This document shows positions 9,135 to 19,170 of a stretch of 64,000 nucleotides of DNA, piece by piece. Under the pieces are notes generated by a model that was not told the origin of the DNA, made no database searches, and was given only the letters and a program-made list of their open reading frames with translations. The DNA lies in contig JALWXN010000004.1 of the NCBI GenBank assembly GCA_027078545.1, positions 352,001-416,000 of the forward strand, in the 5' to 3' direction. Source of the DNA: Nitrososphaeria archaeon (GTDB lineage Archaea > Thermoproteota > Nitrososphaeria > Geothermarchaeales > JDFR-13). A program made the position numbers and the translations under genes. The stretch's first letter is position 1. Each line of letters begins with the position of its first letter.

Positions 9135-10244
9135 GTGTCCTCGATGAAGACGACGGTATCTGTTATCAAGGCCGATATTGGGAGTATAGCTGGCCATGTA
9201 ACGGTCCCGGATGAGTTGAAGGAGTTTACCTCTAGGAAGATGGCTGAGTATGTGGAGACGGGGCTTATAAATAGTTTCTACGTCACCAATGCTGGTGATG
9301 ATCTCCAGCTGATATTCACCCATAACAGGGGTGTGGATAACCCTGAGATACATGAGATGGCATGGAAGGTCTTCAGCGAGGCTACGGAGAAGGTTTCTAA
9401 GAGGCTCAAGCTCTACGCGGCTGGGCAGGACCTCCTGAAGGACGCTTTTAGCGGGAATATCAAGGGTATGGGGCCTGGCGTGGCTGAGATCGAGTTTGAG
9501 GAGCGGAAGAGCGACCCTATAGCGGTCTTCATGGCTGATAAGACTGAGCCTGGTGCCTGGAACATCTATCTATACAAGATATTTGGGGATCCCTTCAACA
9601 CGGCTGGCCTAGTGATAGATCCGAGGATGCATGATGGCTTCGTCTTCAGGGTCCTAGATGTTGTGGAGGGGTTGGAGGCTGATCTCAGCCTGCCTGAGGA
9701 TACCTATGACCTCCTAGCCATCATCGGTACCCAGAGTAGGTATGTGATCAAGGAGGTTAGGAGGAAGTCTGACGGGGAGATAGCTGCCGCTGCATCCACG
9801 ACTAGGCTCTCCCTGATCGCTGGGCGATACGTGGGTAAGGATGATCCTGTCCTCATTGTCCGTGCCCAGAGCGGGTTCCCAGCGATGGGTGAGATACTGG
9901 AGGCCTTCTCTAAGCCATACCTAGTGGCTGGTTGGATGAGGGGTAGCCACTACGGGCCCCTGATGCCTGTTCCCCTGAGGTATTCCAAGGTGACCCGTTT
10001 CGACGGGCCTCCAAGGGTTATAGGCCTGGGCTTCCAGGTGACTGATGGTAAGCTCATAGGGCCTGTGGACCTGTTCGATGATCCGGCCTTTGACAGGGTA
10101 AGGGAATGGGCCTCCGACGTGACTGAGTATATCAGGCTGCATGGACCCTTCATGCCCCATAGGCTGGGGCCTGAGGAGATGGAGTACACCACTCTTCCAC
10201 AGGTCTTGAAGAAGCTTGAGGGTAGGTGGGAGAAGGCTGAGTAG
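9135..10244 (+). CDS. fbp: Fructose-1,6-bisphosphate aldolase/phosphatase (class V FBPase)
   Basis: KADIGS, GDD, LYAAGQDLL, ADKTEPGA, YVGKDDP, GWMRGSH, EMEYTTLP. Confidence 0.97.
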   Translation: MSSMKTTVSVIKADIGSIAGHVTVPDELKEFTSRKMAEYVETGLINSFYVTNAGDDLQLIFTHNRGVDNPEIHEMAWKVFSEATEKVSKRLKLYAAGQDLLKDAFSGNIKGMGPGVAEIEFEERKSDPIAVFMADKTEPGAWNIYLYKIFGDPFNTAGLVIDPRMHDGFVFRVLDVVEGLEADLSLPEDTYDLLAIIGTQSRYVIKEVRRKSDGEIAAAASTTRLSLIAGRYVGKDDPVLIVRAQSGFPAMGEILEAFSKPYLVAGWMRGSHYGPLMPVPLRYSKVTRFDGPPRVIGLGFQVTDGKLIGPVDLFDDPAFDRVREWASDVTEYIRLHGPFMPHRLGPEEMEYTTLPQVLKKLEGRWEKAE

Positions 10245-10253
10245 CCCTACCCA

Positions 10254-11384
10254 CTACCCCAGCCTATACTCCTTTCTCCATACCGTTATCTTCTCGAGGT
10301 ATTCCCAGTCTATCTCCACACCTATACCGGGCTTCTCGGGTGCCCATATCCTGCCCTGGCTATCGACCTCCCACGGCTCCACGACTATGTCCTTCTCATA
10401 GTAGCGGTTACTAGCTGATACGTCTGATGGATACTTAACGTTTGGGAGCGTGGTTAGTGCCACGTTGAATCCCCTGCCGACTCCTGTCTCCAGCATCCCG
10501 CCTATCCAGACTGGGACGCCTCTCTCCATAGCCTCGTCGTGGATCGCTAGGCTCTCGAGTAGGCCGCCCACCCTTCCAGGCTTGATGTTTATCACCTCAG
10601 CCGCCCCTAGATCCATCGCCTCCTGGGCCACGTATCTATTGGTTATGGTCTCGTCTAGGCATATGGGTGTCTCCATGGCCTGGGCCAGCTCTGCATGCCC
10701 CCTTAGGCTCCACCAGGGGTATGGCTGCTCCAGGTAGAGTAGGCCGTACCTATCCAGGCCTGTGAGTAGCTCCTTGTCGCCCGGCATGTAGTCCCCGTTG
10801 GCGTCGGCTGTCAAGGCTATGTCTGGGTATTCCCGTCTTATGGCTCTTAGTATCTCGTGCTCAAGCCCCTTCTCTATCTTGACCTTTATCCTCCTATAGC
10901 CCTGGTCTAGGAAGCTGGCTATCCTCCTTAGGAGCTGGTCTGTGTCGCCCTGTATACCTATGCTTACACCTACCTCTCCATACCTCCTGACACCGCCTAT
11001 ATACCTGTATAGGGGCCTCCCCTCGAGCCTGGCGTTCAGATCCCAGAGCGCCATCTCTATCGAGGCCTTCGCCATGTTATGCCCCTTTATCCAGCCCACC
11101 CTCTCCATGAATGCCTCTGGAGTAGTGACGCTGCTGTCTATGGAGGGTATGATGTATCTATCGAGTACGTAGGCGGCTATGTCTATGGATTCGTAGGAGT
11201 ATCTGGGCTGATATCCAGCTACGCACTCGCCGTAGCCATGCTCCCCACTCCTGGTCTCCACCACGGCTATGTAGGTATACTTCTCCCTCTCCACCCCGAA
11301 GCTGGTCCTGAAGGGGTGTATCAGTGGGAGTCTTATCCCGTAGAGGGTTATCCTCCTAAGCTCCTCACCATGTCGACTCGTCAT
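10254..11384 (-). CDS. menC: o-succinylbenzoate synthase / N-succinylamino acid racemase (enolase superfamily)
   Basis: PFRTSFG, RIKVKI, DAN, EQP, LDE, NIKPGRVGG, GGMLETG, DVSASNRYY. Confidence 0.9.
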   Translation of the reverse strand: MTSRHGEELRRITLYGIRLPLIHPFRTSFGVEREKYTYIAVVETRSGEHGYGECVAGYQPRYSYESIDIAAYVLDRYIIPSIDSSVTTPEAFMERVGWIKGHNMAKASIEMALWDLNARLEGRPLYRYIGGVRRYGEVGVSIGIQGDTDQLLRRIASFLDQGYRRIKVKIEKGLEHEILRAIRREYPDIALTADANGDYMPGDKELLTGLDRYGLLYLEQPYPWWSLRGHAELAQAMETPICLDETITNRYVAQEAMDLGAAEVINIKPGRVGGLLESLAIHDEAMERGVPVWIGGMLETGVGRGFNVALTTLPNVKYPSDVSASNRYYEKDIVVEPWEVDSQGRIWAPEKPGIGVEIDWEYLEKITVWRKEYRLG

Positions 11385-12189
11385 ATGGGTCGAACCCCTG
11401 TGTCAATATATATGCGTAGTGCTCACCCGTCTTTACGAAGTAGCTGGCGACGTAGCCCGTGCTGAAGGCGTCTCTAAACACCTTCCTAAGCGTCAGCTTC
11501 CACCTGATCTTAGCCTGCTGAGTAGCCTCTCCCAGGTTGTCGAAGTCGCGGGGTATCTCGACCGCTAAATACTTGGAGTCGCTGGGCTCCAGTGTCCTGG
11601 GGTAGAGCGTACCATTTATCTCCTCTACCCTGACTAGGTACTCTACATCGTCGAACTCTGATATCCTCCTCTTCCTCGGCCTCTTCTCGATCCATGGCGA
11701 TGCTATGTGCCACTCCGTCATGAACCTGTCGCTGGGGACTCCTCTGTTGAGCTCGTCCTCCATAGTCCCGTAGTGGTTTGGCAGGTATGTCCTGGCTATT
11801 GTCCCTAGCTTATTGATGTTTAGCCATGCGTTCTTCGACCTGGCGGGGTCGAAGGTCCAGATAACGAGGTCATACCCGTTCTCCAGGCTCCACTCCCGCT
11901 GGGCCTGTTTAAGCATGGCCCCTATACCCCTGTCCTGATACTCCGGTAAGACTGCTAGTTGGTGGCTATAGATACAGTACTTCCCGTGGAACCGGCCTAT
12001 GAAGCCGTATACGAAGCCGACCAGCTCCCCATCTACATATGCCCCCTTAACCACTCCGCCGACCTCCTTGATCGCCACTATTATGTGGTGTGGCGTGACC
12101 TCGCTCCCCCAGACCCTCATCTGTATATCGACGAACCTCCGTATCTCGTCGGGATCCACGACGTCCCTAACCACTACATCGCCAGCCAT
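11365..12189 (-). CDS. GNAT acyltransferase of the type linked to NSAR/OSBS genes
   Basis: YSHQLAVLPEYQDRGIG, WTFDP, N..KLG, SDR; overlaps the menC-like gene. Confidence 0.85.
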   Translation of the reverse strand: MAGDVVVRDVVDPDEIRRFVDIQMRVWGSEVTPHHIIVAIKEVGGVVKGAYVDGELVGFVYGFIGRFHGKYCIYSHQLAVLPEYQDRGIGAMLKQAQREWSLENGYDLVIWTFDPARSKNAWLNINKLGTIARTYLPNHYGTMEDELNRGVPSDRFMTEWHIASPWIEKRPRKRRISEFDDVEYLVRVEEINGTLYPRTLEPSDSKYLAVEIPRDFDNLGEATQQAKIRWKLTLRKVFRDAFSTGYVASYFVKTGEHYAYILTQGFDPYDESTW

Positions 12190-12233
12190 TATAGGAAATA
12201 ATATTTCACCATCCAGGCGTAATATCTTAGTCC

Positions 12234-12911
12234 ATGGATAGGCGGACATTCATCATAAACTGTAAGAACTATAGGGAGGGGAGTGGTGAGAAGGCGGCAA
12301 GGCTCCTAGAGTATGCCGAGGCGGCTAGCCACAACTTCGGTGTAGAGGTCTTGGTCGCCCCTCCCCTCCTAGACACCTACTACCTAGCCAGGAGGTACTC
12401 GGGCCACATAATATCCCAGGCCGTCGACACGGTTGGCTATGGATCCTCCACGGGGCATATTCCTATGGAGCGCCTACTAGACATGGGGATAGACATTAGC
12501 CTCCTGAACCACTCGGAGAACAGGGTTCCCCACACCATGATCAGGGACCTATACATTGCGGCGGAGTCTAGGGGCTTCAGGCTCGTCATATGTGTAGCCT
12601 CTGTGGAGGAGCTGGAGGAGCTCCTAAGCATGGATGTGACGCCCTACGCCTATGCCTATGAGCCCCCAGAGCTGATAGGGAGTGGGAGGTCAGTATCGAG
12701 GTATGCCGGGGAGGAGCTGCAACGCTTCACGGAGAGGTGTAGGGAGGCCGGTGTAAAGCCGCTGTGCGGCGCGGGGATAACGAATGAGGAGGATGTGGAG
12801 CTGGCTGTGGAGTATGGCTCCGAAGGCATCCTAGTGGCCAGCGGGATAGTCAAGCACCCCAACCCATTGGAGCCGATAAACAGGTTCAGCCACATACTGG
12901 CTAGGGACTAG
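12234..12911 (+). CDS. tpiA: Triosephosphate isomerase (archaeal type)
   Basis: INCKNY, NHSE, YEPPELIGSG, CGAGI, GILVASG. Confidence 0.95.
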   Translation: MDRRTFIINCKNYREGSGEKAARLLEYAEAASHNFGVEVLVAPPLLDTYYLARRYSGHIISQAVDTVGYGSSTGHIPMERLLDMGIDISLLNHSENRVPHTMIRDLYIAAESRGFRLVICVASVEELEELLSMDVTPYAYAYEPPELIGSGRSVSRYAGEELQRFTERCREAGVKPLCGAGITNEEDVELAVEYGSEGILVASGIVKHPNPLEPINRFSHILARD

Positions 12912-13653
12912 CCACGAGCCTATAGACATTAGCCTCGTCCAAAGGATTGTTAGCCCGGTAGAAGGATATAGCCCTCACATCACTCCTGGTAGGCCTGACA
13001 CCCCTCAAGACCCTTACGACGGATAGATAGTTCTTACCAAGCCTCCTAGCCAGCCTGGCGGCCTCCACGAGTAGCCTCGTACCTATACGCCTCCTCCAGA
13101 AGGGCCTAGCCACGTGTATACCATAGTCCACATTACTACTCACCGGGTTGTAGTATGCAGAGCCCACGGGATCGCCACCCATTTTAGCTATGAGGACATA
13201 AGACTCCCTGGGAGGCGATACATAGAAGCCCCAGCTACTCCTCTGAACCGCCTCAACCATTCGGAGCGGCTCAGCCTCACCAGGCGGATACACCTCCACA
13301 ACAACCTCCCCATTAGGCTGTAGAAACCCTCCATCCACACTATAGATGAAGACCTTGCTCCACCTGTCATACAACCCAGATGGAAGCACATCCCGAGTAA
13401 CCACCAAGACAGCTACACCCTCCCCAGGACCCCTCCCCACACCCTCCAGACAGTTCTCCACTCCATCGAGACAGAGATAGATATAGGCAGCCCTCCACCT
13501 CCTACCACGGCGCCACCTAACAAAGACTACGGGAGGATCACCACCCACAACCTCCACCGAGGCTACACTCCTAGCCCAGAAAACACCAAGATAACCAATC
13601 GAGCCAAGCCACCCAGAAAAACAATCAACAGACTCGAAGGGATAGACACACAA
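12901..13653 (-). CDS. GNAT-family N-acetyltransferase
   Basis: GIHVARPFWRRRIGTRLL, AISFY. Confidence 0.78.
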   Translation of the reverse strand: MCVYPFESVDCFSGWLGSIGYLGVFWARSVASVEVVGGDPPVVFVRWRRGRRWRAAYIYLCLDGVENCLEGVGRGPGEGVAVLVVTRDVLPSGLYDRWSKVFIYSVDGGFLQPNGEVVVEVYPPGEAEPLRMVEAVQRSSWGFYVSPPRESYVLIAKMGGDPVGSAYYNPVSSNVDYGIHVARPFWRRRIGTRLLVEAARLARRLGKNYLSVVRVLRGVRPTRSDVRAISFYRANNPLDEANVYRLVASP

Positions 13654-13858
13654 CCAGACCTCCCCCCCTAATTAACATAATACTTGTTGCACCCCCTCAC
13701 ATTTCAGGCTCTATACTTTAGTGTCTCTACATCGAATCAATGCGTCTCAACGGCTTTATTTTTAGACTCTGCCAAGTCCCATTAGAAAGTATCTCGAGAT
13801 ATGGTTATCTCAAGTTTCCCTGTTTTAAAGTCTGATCAATGCATATTATCATGATCAG

Positions 13859-14500
13859 GTGATCCTGCTGCCAAGGAGGTCTAAGTTGCAGGAAGCAATG
13901 GAAAAGTACGGGAACGAGGTCAGAAGTAAGATAATTAGCAATGAGTTTATTGAAGCGGTTGGAATATTTGATCCGATTCCTAAAAGAAAATGTATAAGAG
14001 TAAAATTAGCCAGGCCTCCCATTAATATTAAAAATCGCCAATTTAGGATTATCAAGGTGGAAGACCTGGAGGATTATGAGGTCTTTATTCAAATTCCGGG
14101 GGAGAAATCCGAATATGACTTTTTCGTGTGGAGAGCTGTATATGATGACGGTAATCTTCAGGATCTCAAGATTCCATCCCATGACGACTTAGGTAGAATG
14201 TACTTAAACTTGAAGGCTGAACATGATTTAATAGAGGAATATCTAATTAATGCAACACTAAGGTTCATAAGGGACAGACAACCTATAAAAACCATAATAA
14301 CTAGATATTTTTCTGAGCTTAACCAACACTTAATCAAGCGTATAAAAGAATTTCTGTTGACATTAAAATGGATAGCGATACAAGAAGATGCTAACTATCC
14401 ACCTCCTAACTTGGGTTCAATATACTCCCTGTCAGTTTATGCTATACTTGAAGTAACTAACGATCTTAAATCCATACGTAGAATAATAAGGTTCCGGTAG
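13859..14500 (+). CDS. Hypothetical protein, putative restriction endonuclease
   Basis: AT-rich gene directly upstream of a DNA methyltransferase; function inferred from context only. Confidence 0.5.
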   Translation: MILLPRRSKLQEAMEKYGNEVRSKIISNEFIEAVGIFDPIPKRKCIRVKLARPPINIKNRQFRIIKVEDLEDYEVFIQIPGEKSEYDFFVWRAVYDDGNLQDLKIPSHDDLGRMYLNLKAEHDLIEEYLINATLRFIRDRQPIKTIITRYFSELNQHLIKRIKEFLLTLKWIAIQEDANYPPPNLGSIYSLSVYAILEVTNDLKSIRRIIRFR

Positions 14501-14545
14501 TGATTCACCCATCGTGGCTAAAAGGGTGAAGACCTTAGAGGTAGT

Positions 14546-15568
14546 GTGAATATGATTAAAATGCGCAAGGTGACATACGAGGAATATCTTAACTACCTAG
14601 AAAAGAATAAAGAGATAGAAATTGAAGGTAGTAGGATTAGTCTTGACCCCATAAATGTTAAGCGAATATATCCATCTATGGTTGAGCTCACAGATGTTTC
14701 TACCACAGTTTGGAGTTTTCCCAAAAGGGGTTCATGGGCTACACACAGGGGTGATTATCGTGGAAACTGGCCTCCGCAGATGGCTCGTGCATTAATATTA
14801 GGATATTCAAAACCTGGAGACACAGTCTTGGATCCTATGATAGGCAGTGGAACTACTTGCATCGAAGCGAAACTCCTTGGCAGAAATTGTATAGGCATAG
14901 ATATAAACTATAACTCGGTTATATTGACATTGCACAGGTTATACTGGCTTGAGAGATATTTAGAAAGAGTAGCTAAATCTGGAGATAACCTTTATAGGTG
15001 GCTTCATAAAAGTACTAATACAGAGAATAACGATGAGAACATAAGCATTCAAGACATGCTTAGAGCAAAAGTGGAAATATACCATGGAGACGCGAGATAT
15101 CTCGATAAAATCTCAAGCAACAGTATTGATTTAGTCGCTACACATCCACCCTATTACAACATCATAAAATACGGTGGTAAATCTAGGACTCCCGGAGACT
15201 TATCAATGGCTAGGAGCTTAGAAGAATATCTTGAGATGATCTGGCAAGTTGCTAGGGAAGCCTACAGAGTACTTAAACCAGGCAAGCATATAGGCATATT
15301 AGTTGGAGATACCCGAAGGTATAAGCACTATGTGCCAATAACTCACTATGTCCTAGATATTCTTCTCAAAACTGGATTCATTCTTAAGGAAGAAGTTGTA
15401 AAAATACAGCATAAAATGAAAACTACAAGAGAAAAGTGGAGGAAGTTGAAAAGTAGGGATTTTCTGTTAATCTATCATGAAAAACTTTTTATACTGAGAA
15501 AACCCTACGGTAATGACGACTACCAGAAGTATAAATACAGCTCAAAGCTGGACTTTAATTTGATCTGA
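14546..15568 (+). CDS. Amino (N4-C/N6-A) DNA methyltransferase
   Basis: SAM motif DPMIGSGTT precedes catalytic THPPY; AT-rich. Confidence 0.85.
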   Translation: MNMIKMRKVTYEEYLNYLEKNKEIEIEGSRISLDPINVKRIYPSMVELTDVSTTVWSFPKRGSWATHRGDYRGNWPPQMARALILGYSKPGDTVLDPMIGSGTTCIEAKLLGRNCIGIDINYNSVILTLHRLYWLERYLERVAKSGDNLYRWLHKSTNTENNDENISIQDMLRAKVEIYHGDARYLDKISSNSIDLVATHPPYYNIIKYGGKSRTPGDLSMARSLEEYLEMIWQVAREAYRVLKPGKHIGILVGDTRRYKHYVPITHYVLDILLKTGFILKEEVVKIQHKMKTTREKWRKLKSRDFLLIYHEKLFILRKPYGNDDYQKYKYSSKLDFNLI

Positions 15569-15617
15569 AGTTATGAATTTCTTATAATCAAAAGAATTTT
15601 GTTCTGAAATGATTATG

Positions 15618-15696
15618 TGGCGGGCCCGCCGGGATTTGAACCCGGGTTCTCCGGCTCCGGAGGCCGGCGCCCTGGTCCTGGCTAGGCTACGGGCCC
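15618..15696 (-). tRNA. tRNA-Arg(CCG), CCA encoded
   Basis: GGGCCCG..CCGGC CT CCG GA GCCGG..TTCAAAT..CGGGCCC GCCA. Confidence 0.96.
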
Positions 15697-15791
15697 GTGT
15701 TGGGTATATCCTCCTTATATTGGATGTTCTTGTTAATTTGTTATTGTTTATCTCTGTATGCCTGGTTTCTCTGGGTGTGTGGTGAGGCTGG

Positions 15792-17684
15792 ATGGATATT
15801 CTCTTGTTGGGGGATCGGGTTAAGGAGGCTATCTATGAGTTTGTTGGTAGGCGGGATGTTGAGGTTACTCTTGAGGTTCCCCAGAGTCCTGAGTATGGGG
15901 ATCTCTCTACTCCCTATGCTTTTAAGGCTGCCCGTGTCTTGGGGCGTAGGCCTCTGGACCTGGCTAGTGATATTAGGGATCATCTCCTCTCCCTAGGGAT
16001 AGACTATATCGCTGATATCCGTGTGGAGGGTGGGGGCTATATAAATATTCATCTGGATAGGAACAGGTTCTACAGCGACTATTTCCGCCGGCTTGTGGAG
16101 GAGGGTCTCGACCTATTCCGCGGCAGGTTTGGCGAGGGCTATGTTAGGATCGAGTATACCAGTGTGAATCCGAATAAGGCTATCCATATTGGGCATGCCC
16201 GTAACATCCTCCTAGGCGTGGCGCTCCACCGCCTCCTGAGTAGCCTGGGCTATAGGGTCCACCTGATGAACTATATCGACGATACCGGGGTGCAGATGGC
16301 TGACCTGATGCTGGGCTTTATAGAGCTTAACTTCCCCCTGGAGCCTCCCAATGGGATGAAGTTTGACAAGTATTGTGGCGATGTGGTCTATGTGGAGAGT
16401 GTTAGGCGGGTTGAGGAGGAGCGTAGGCTTAGGGATGTGGAGCGTAAGATCCTGAGGGCTTTGGAGGAGGGTGACAACCCGATCTACGAGTATTCCCGTA
16501 GGGTTGCGGAGAGGGTTGTCAGGGCCCAGCTGGAGACCTGCTTCAGGCTCGGGGCTAAGTATGACGTCCTGGCCTGGGAGTCCGACCTGGTTAGGAGTGG
16601 CCTCCATAACCATCTATCCAAGGTGATCGAGGCTAGTAGGAAGATTATCAGGGTTGAGGAGGGACGCTACGCTGGGGCCGTCGTTATCAAGGTCTCGGAG
16701 GGTGATGAGATTGATCCTAAGAGGGATGAGGTGATCGTTAGGAGTGACGGTACACTTACCTATGTAGGTAAGGACCTGGTCTTCGCTATGTGGAAGCTGG
16801 GCCTCCTAGATATGCATGTACCGGTAGACGTCTTCGGGGAGAATCCCGACGGCTCCAAGATATTCACTACCCGTGACTCGGGCCTGGGATATAAGCCTGA
16901 CCCGCCGGACATACTCCTCAACGTGATTGGTAGGGAGCAGACGAAGCCTCAGAACGCTATTAAGGAGGTGTTGAGGGAGGTTTATGGGGAGGAGGTGGGT
17001 GGCAAGTATATCCACTACTCTTATGAGTTGGTGAAGCTGTCTGCCGAGTCGGCTAGGAAGTACTTCGGCGTGGAGAGTGAGAAGTCTGCTGTTAAGATGT
17101 CGGGTAGGAGGGGTCTCTACTTCAATGTGGATGATGTCCTGGCGAAGATGGTGGAGATCGTCTATCGCCACATGGTTGAGAATAAGTCGATAGCCTCTGA
17201 ACAGGAGGCTCGCCAGGTGGCTGAGAAGGTGGCTGTGGCCAGCCTGATGTACCAGCTCATAGCTATTGATAGGGATAAGCCAATCGTCTTCGATATTGAT
17301 AAGAGCCTGGACTTCAAGGGTGAGACTGGGGCCTATATCCTCTATAGCTATGTCCGCGCCAACTCCATACTCTCCAATGCTGGGGAGTCGGGTGACTTCA
17401 ATATTGACTATAGCCTCCTCAACATGTATGACCTAGGCCTATCCAGGTTCATTGTCGTTGCACCCATAGTTATCCACTCCGCGGTTAAGTATCTCGAGCC
17501 CAAGTATATCATGACGTATCTCTATAGGCTGGCTAAGAGCTTCAACGACTTCTATGAGAGGTGTCCAGTGCTTAGTAGTACGGATCCTGTTAGGCGTTAT
17601 AGGTTGGCTATTGTGAGGGCCTATGCATCCACGGTTGAGCTTCTAGCGAGGCTTGTGGGCCTACCACTGGTTAAGAAGATGTAG
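15792..17684 (+). CDS. argS: Arginine--tRNA ligase
   Basis: EYTSVNPNKAIHIGHARN, KMSGRRG, YILYSYVRANSIL. Confidence 0.97.
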   Translation: MDILLLGDRVKEAIYEFVGRRDVEVTLEVPQSPEYGDLSTPYAFKAARVLGRRPLDLASDIRDHLLSLGIDYIADIRVEGGGYINIHLDRNRFYSDYFRRLVEEGLDLFRGRFGEGYVRIEYTSVNPNKAIHIGHARNILLGVALHRLLSSLGYRVHLMNYIDDTGVQMADLMLGFIELNFPLEPPNGMKFDKYCGDVVYVESVRRVEEERRLRDVERKILRALEEGDNPIYEYSRRVAERVVRAQLETCFRLGAKYDVLAWESDLVRSGLHNHLSKVIEASRKIIRVEEGRYAGAVVIKVSEGDEIDPKRDEVIVRSDGTLTYVGKDLVFAMWKLGLLDMHVPVDVFGENPDGSKIFTTRDSGLGYKPDPPDILLNVIGREQTKPQNAIKEVLREVYGEEVGGKYIHYSYELVKLSAESARKYFGVESEKSAVKMSGRRGLYFNVDDVLAKMVEIVYRHMVENKSIASEQEARQVAEKVAVASLMYQLIAIDRDKPIVFDIDKSLDFKGETGAYILYSYVRANSILSNAGESGDFNIDYSLLNMYDLGLSRFIVVAPIVIHSAVKYLEPKYIMTYLYRLAKSFNDFYERCPVLSSTDPVRRYRLAIVRAYASTVELLARLVGLPLVKKM

Positions 17685-18627
17685 CTAAGTACTCGGCTAC
17701 ATAGATGGCTATCGCCTTGGATAGTGGTGGTGGGACCGATTCTCCGACCTGGTTGTACTGGTCCTCTATGGGGCCTTGGAAGACGTGGGTGTCTGGGTAG
17801 CCCATCAGCCTCGCCTGCTCCCTAACGGTGAGTAGCCTATCCTCATATGGGTGTATGAATCGGCTCTTCCCCATGACTGTGGGTGCCTGTTTCCTTGGGT
17901 GTAGCCTGATATACTGTTTATACTCCCTGTTGGTCCCGCCTCTGAAGAATTCTAGGGCCTCTCCCCACCTCACCCTTGCTATCCTCCCCTGGAACCTCTT
18001 GGGTGGGTTGATATATCTATGGTTGGGTATCTCGTTGGGTAGCCTCGGGTCTGGGAGGCCGTCTAGTGCCTCCTCCACCGTGGGTGCTCCACCTGTCTTC
18101 CTAGGCTTTATCCTTATGTTTGAGATGAAGATCCTCCTCCTGTGGCTCGGGTTGCCGTAGTCGGCTGCGTTTAGCCTGTTGAAGTATATCTCTGGGTAGC
18201 CCACCCTCTCCAGCTCCATCCTTATATACCTCGGTATCTCGCCGTCCATGATGCCTGGGACGTTCTCGATTATGAATATCCTGGGCCCTATATCGCCTAT
18301 CAGCCTGATCGCCTCTAGGGTTAGCCTCCCCCTGGGGTCTGTATATAGCCTGTCTAGGGGGTCCTCCATGATCCTCCTACTCGCCTTTGTGAAGGCCTCG
18401 CATGGTGGGGAGGCTATCACGACATCTATGCTCCCAAGCCCCTCCATCAGCTCTGCTGAGTGGAGCCTCCTAATATCCATGATGTACATCTTCTCGGGGG
18501 AGATGTTCCTCAGATATGTAGCGGCTGCTGCAGGGTCCTTCTCTACAGCCGCCACTATCTCGAAGCCAGCCTCTTTGAAGCCTAGTGCGTAGCCCCCGCC
18601 ACCCGAGAATAGGTCTATCAGCCTCAT
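17671..18627 (-). CDS. DNA (cytosine-5)-methyltransferase, apparently orphan
   Basis: DLFSGGGG, SPPCE, IENV, RRRIF, TVREQARLMGYPD, QVGESV; start reassigned to ATG 18627. Confidence 0.92.
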   Translation of the reverse strand: MRLIDLFSGGGGYALGFKEAGFEIVAAVEKDPAAAATYLRNISPEKMYIMDIRRLHSAELMEGLGSIDVVIASPPCEAFTKASRRIMEDPLDRLYTDPRGRLTLEAIRLIGDIGPRIFIIENVPGIMDGEIPRYIRMELERVGYPEIYFNRLNAADYGNPSHRRRIFISNIRIKPRKTGGAPTVEEALDGLPDPRLPNEIPNHRYINPPKRFQGRIARVRWGEALEFFRGGTNREYKQYIRLHPRKQAPTVMGKSRFIHPYEDRLLTVREQARLMGYPDTHVFQGPIEDQYNQVGESVPPPLSKAIAIYVAEYLATSS

Positions 18628-18679
18628 GGCCCCCTGTTTAATTCCTAGGTGTCTCCTAAGTAATATGGGGTGGCCTGGG

Positions 18680-19144
18680 ATGCTGGTGGTGGTTCTCCAC
18701 GATGTATATAGTAGTGTGAAGCTTAGTGAGGCGGTTGATGTTATACTCGAGTTTGGCGAGGTAGACCTATTCGTCGTCTCCAAGGCTGTGTCAGCTGCTG
18801 CACAGTCTGGGGTGCCCGAGGCTGAGAAGCGGATCTTCCAGAGGGGTAGGAGGATGCTCTTCGTCCCTGATCTTAAGGACCTCTTCGAGATCCTCCCGAT
18901 AAGTAGGAGGTATTTCTTCGTCCCCTCCCGACTCTCGGCAGATAGGTTCGACCCGGCTAGGGTCTCTGAGGAGCTTGGCAAGGGCTCTGTGGCCCTCGTG
19001 TTCTCGGGTGGGGAGGCCAGTTTCTCCAAGAAGGAGTTGGAGCTGGGTACTCCTGTCACGCTTGGCTTCGGCTCCGTCATGCCCCCAGCTGTAGAGATGG
19101 GTATTGCCCTCTACAGCCTCTTCCCTAGGAGGGGGGAGGCTTAA
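18680..19144 (+). CDS. DUF2122/COG4080-type SPOUT-like protein
   Basis: VVLHDVYS, SKAVSAAAQSGVPE, DLKD..E.L, VFSG. Confidence 0.75.
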   Translation: MLVVVLHDVYSSVKLSEAVDVILEFGEVDLFVVSKAVSAAAQSGVPEAEKRIFQRGRRMLFVPDLKDLFEILPISRRYFFVPSRLSADRFDPARVSEELGKGSVALVFSGGEASFSKKELELGTPVTLGFGSVMPPAVEMGIALYSLFPRRGEA

Positions 19145-19170
19145 TATCCCTATTCCTATCCATATCTTCT

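Larger units (their letters stand above)
13680..15617. mobile_element. AT-rich acquired islet at the tRNA-Arg(CCG) 3' end
   Basis: Abrupt compositional shift, abuts tRNA CCA end; no integrase or second att copy seen. Confidence 0.6.

Noticed and set aside
18628-19080. 151-aa N-terminal extension of the C5 methyltransferase ORF
   Set aside because: It is the antisense shadow of the DUF2122-like gene; motif I starts at ATG 18627
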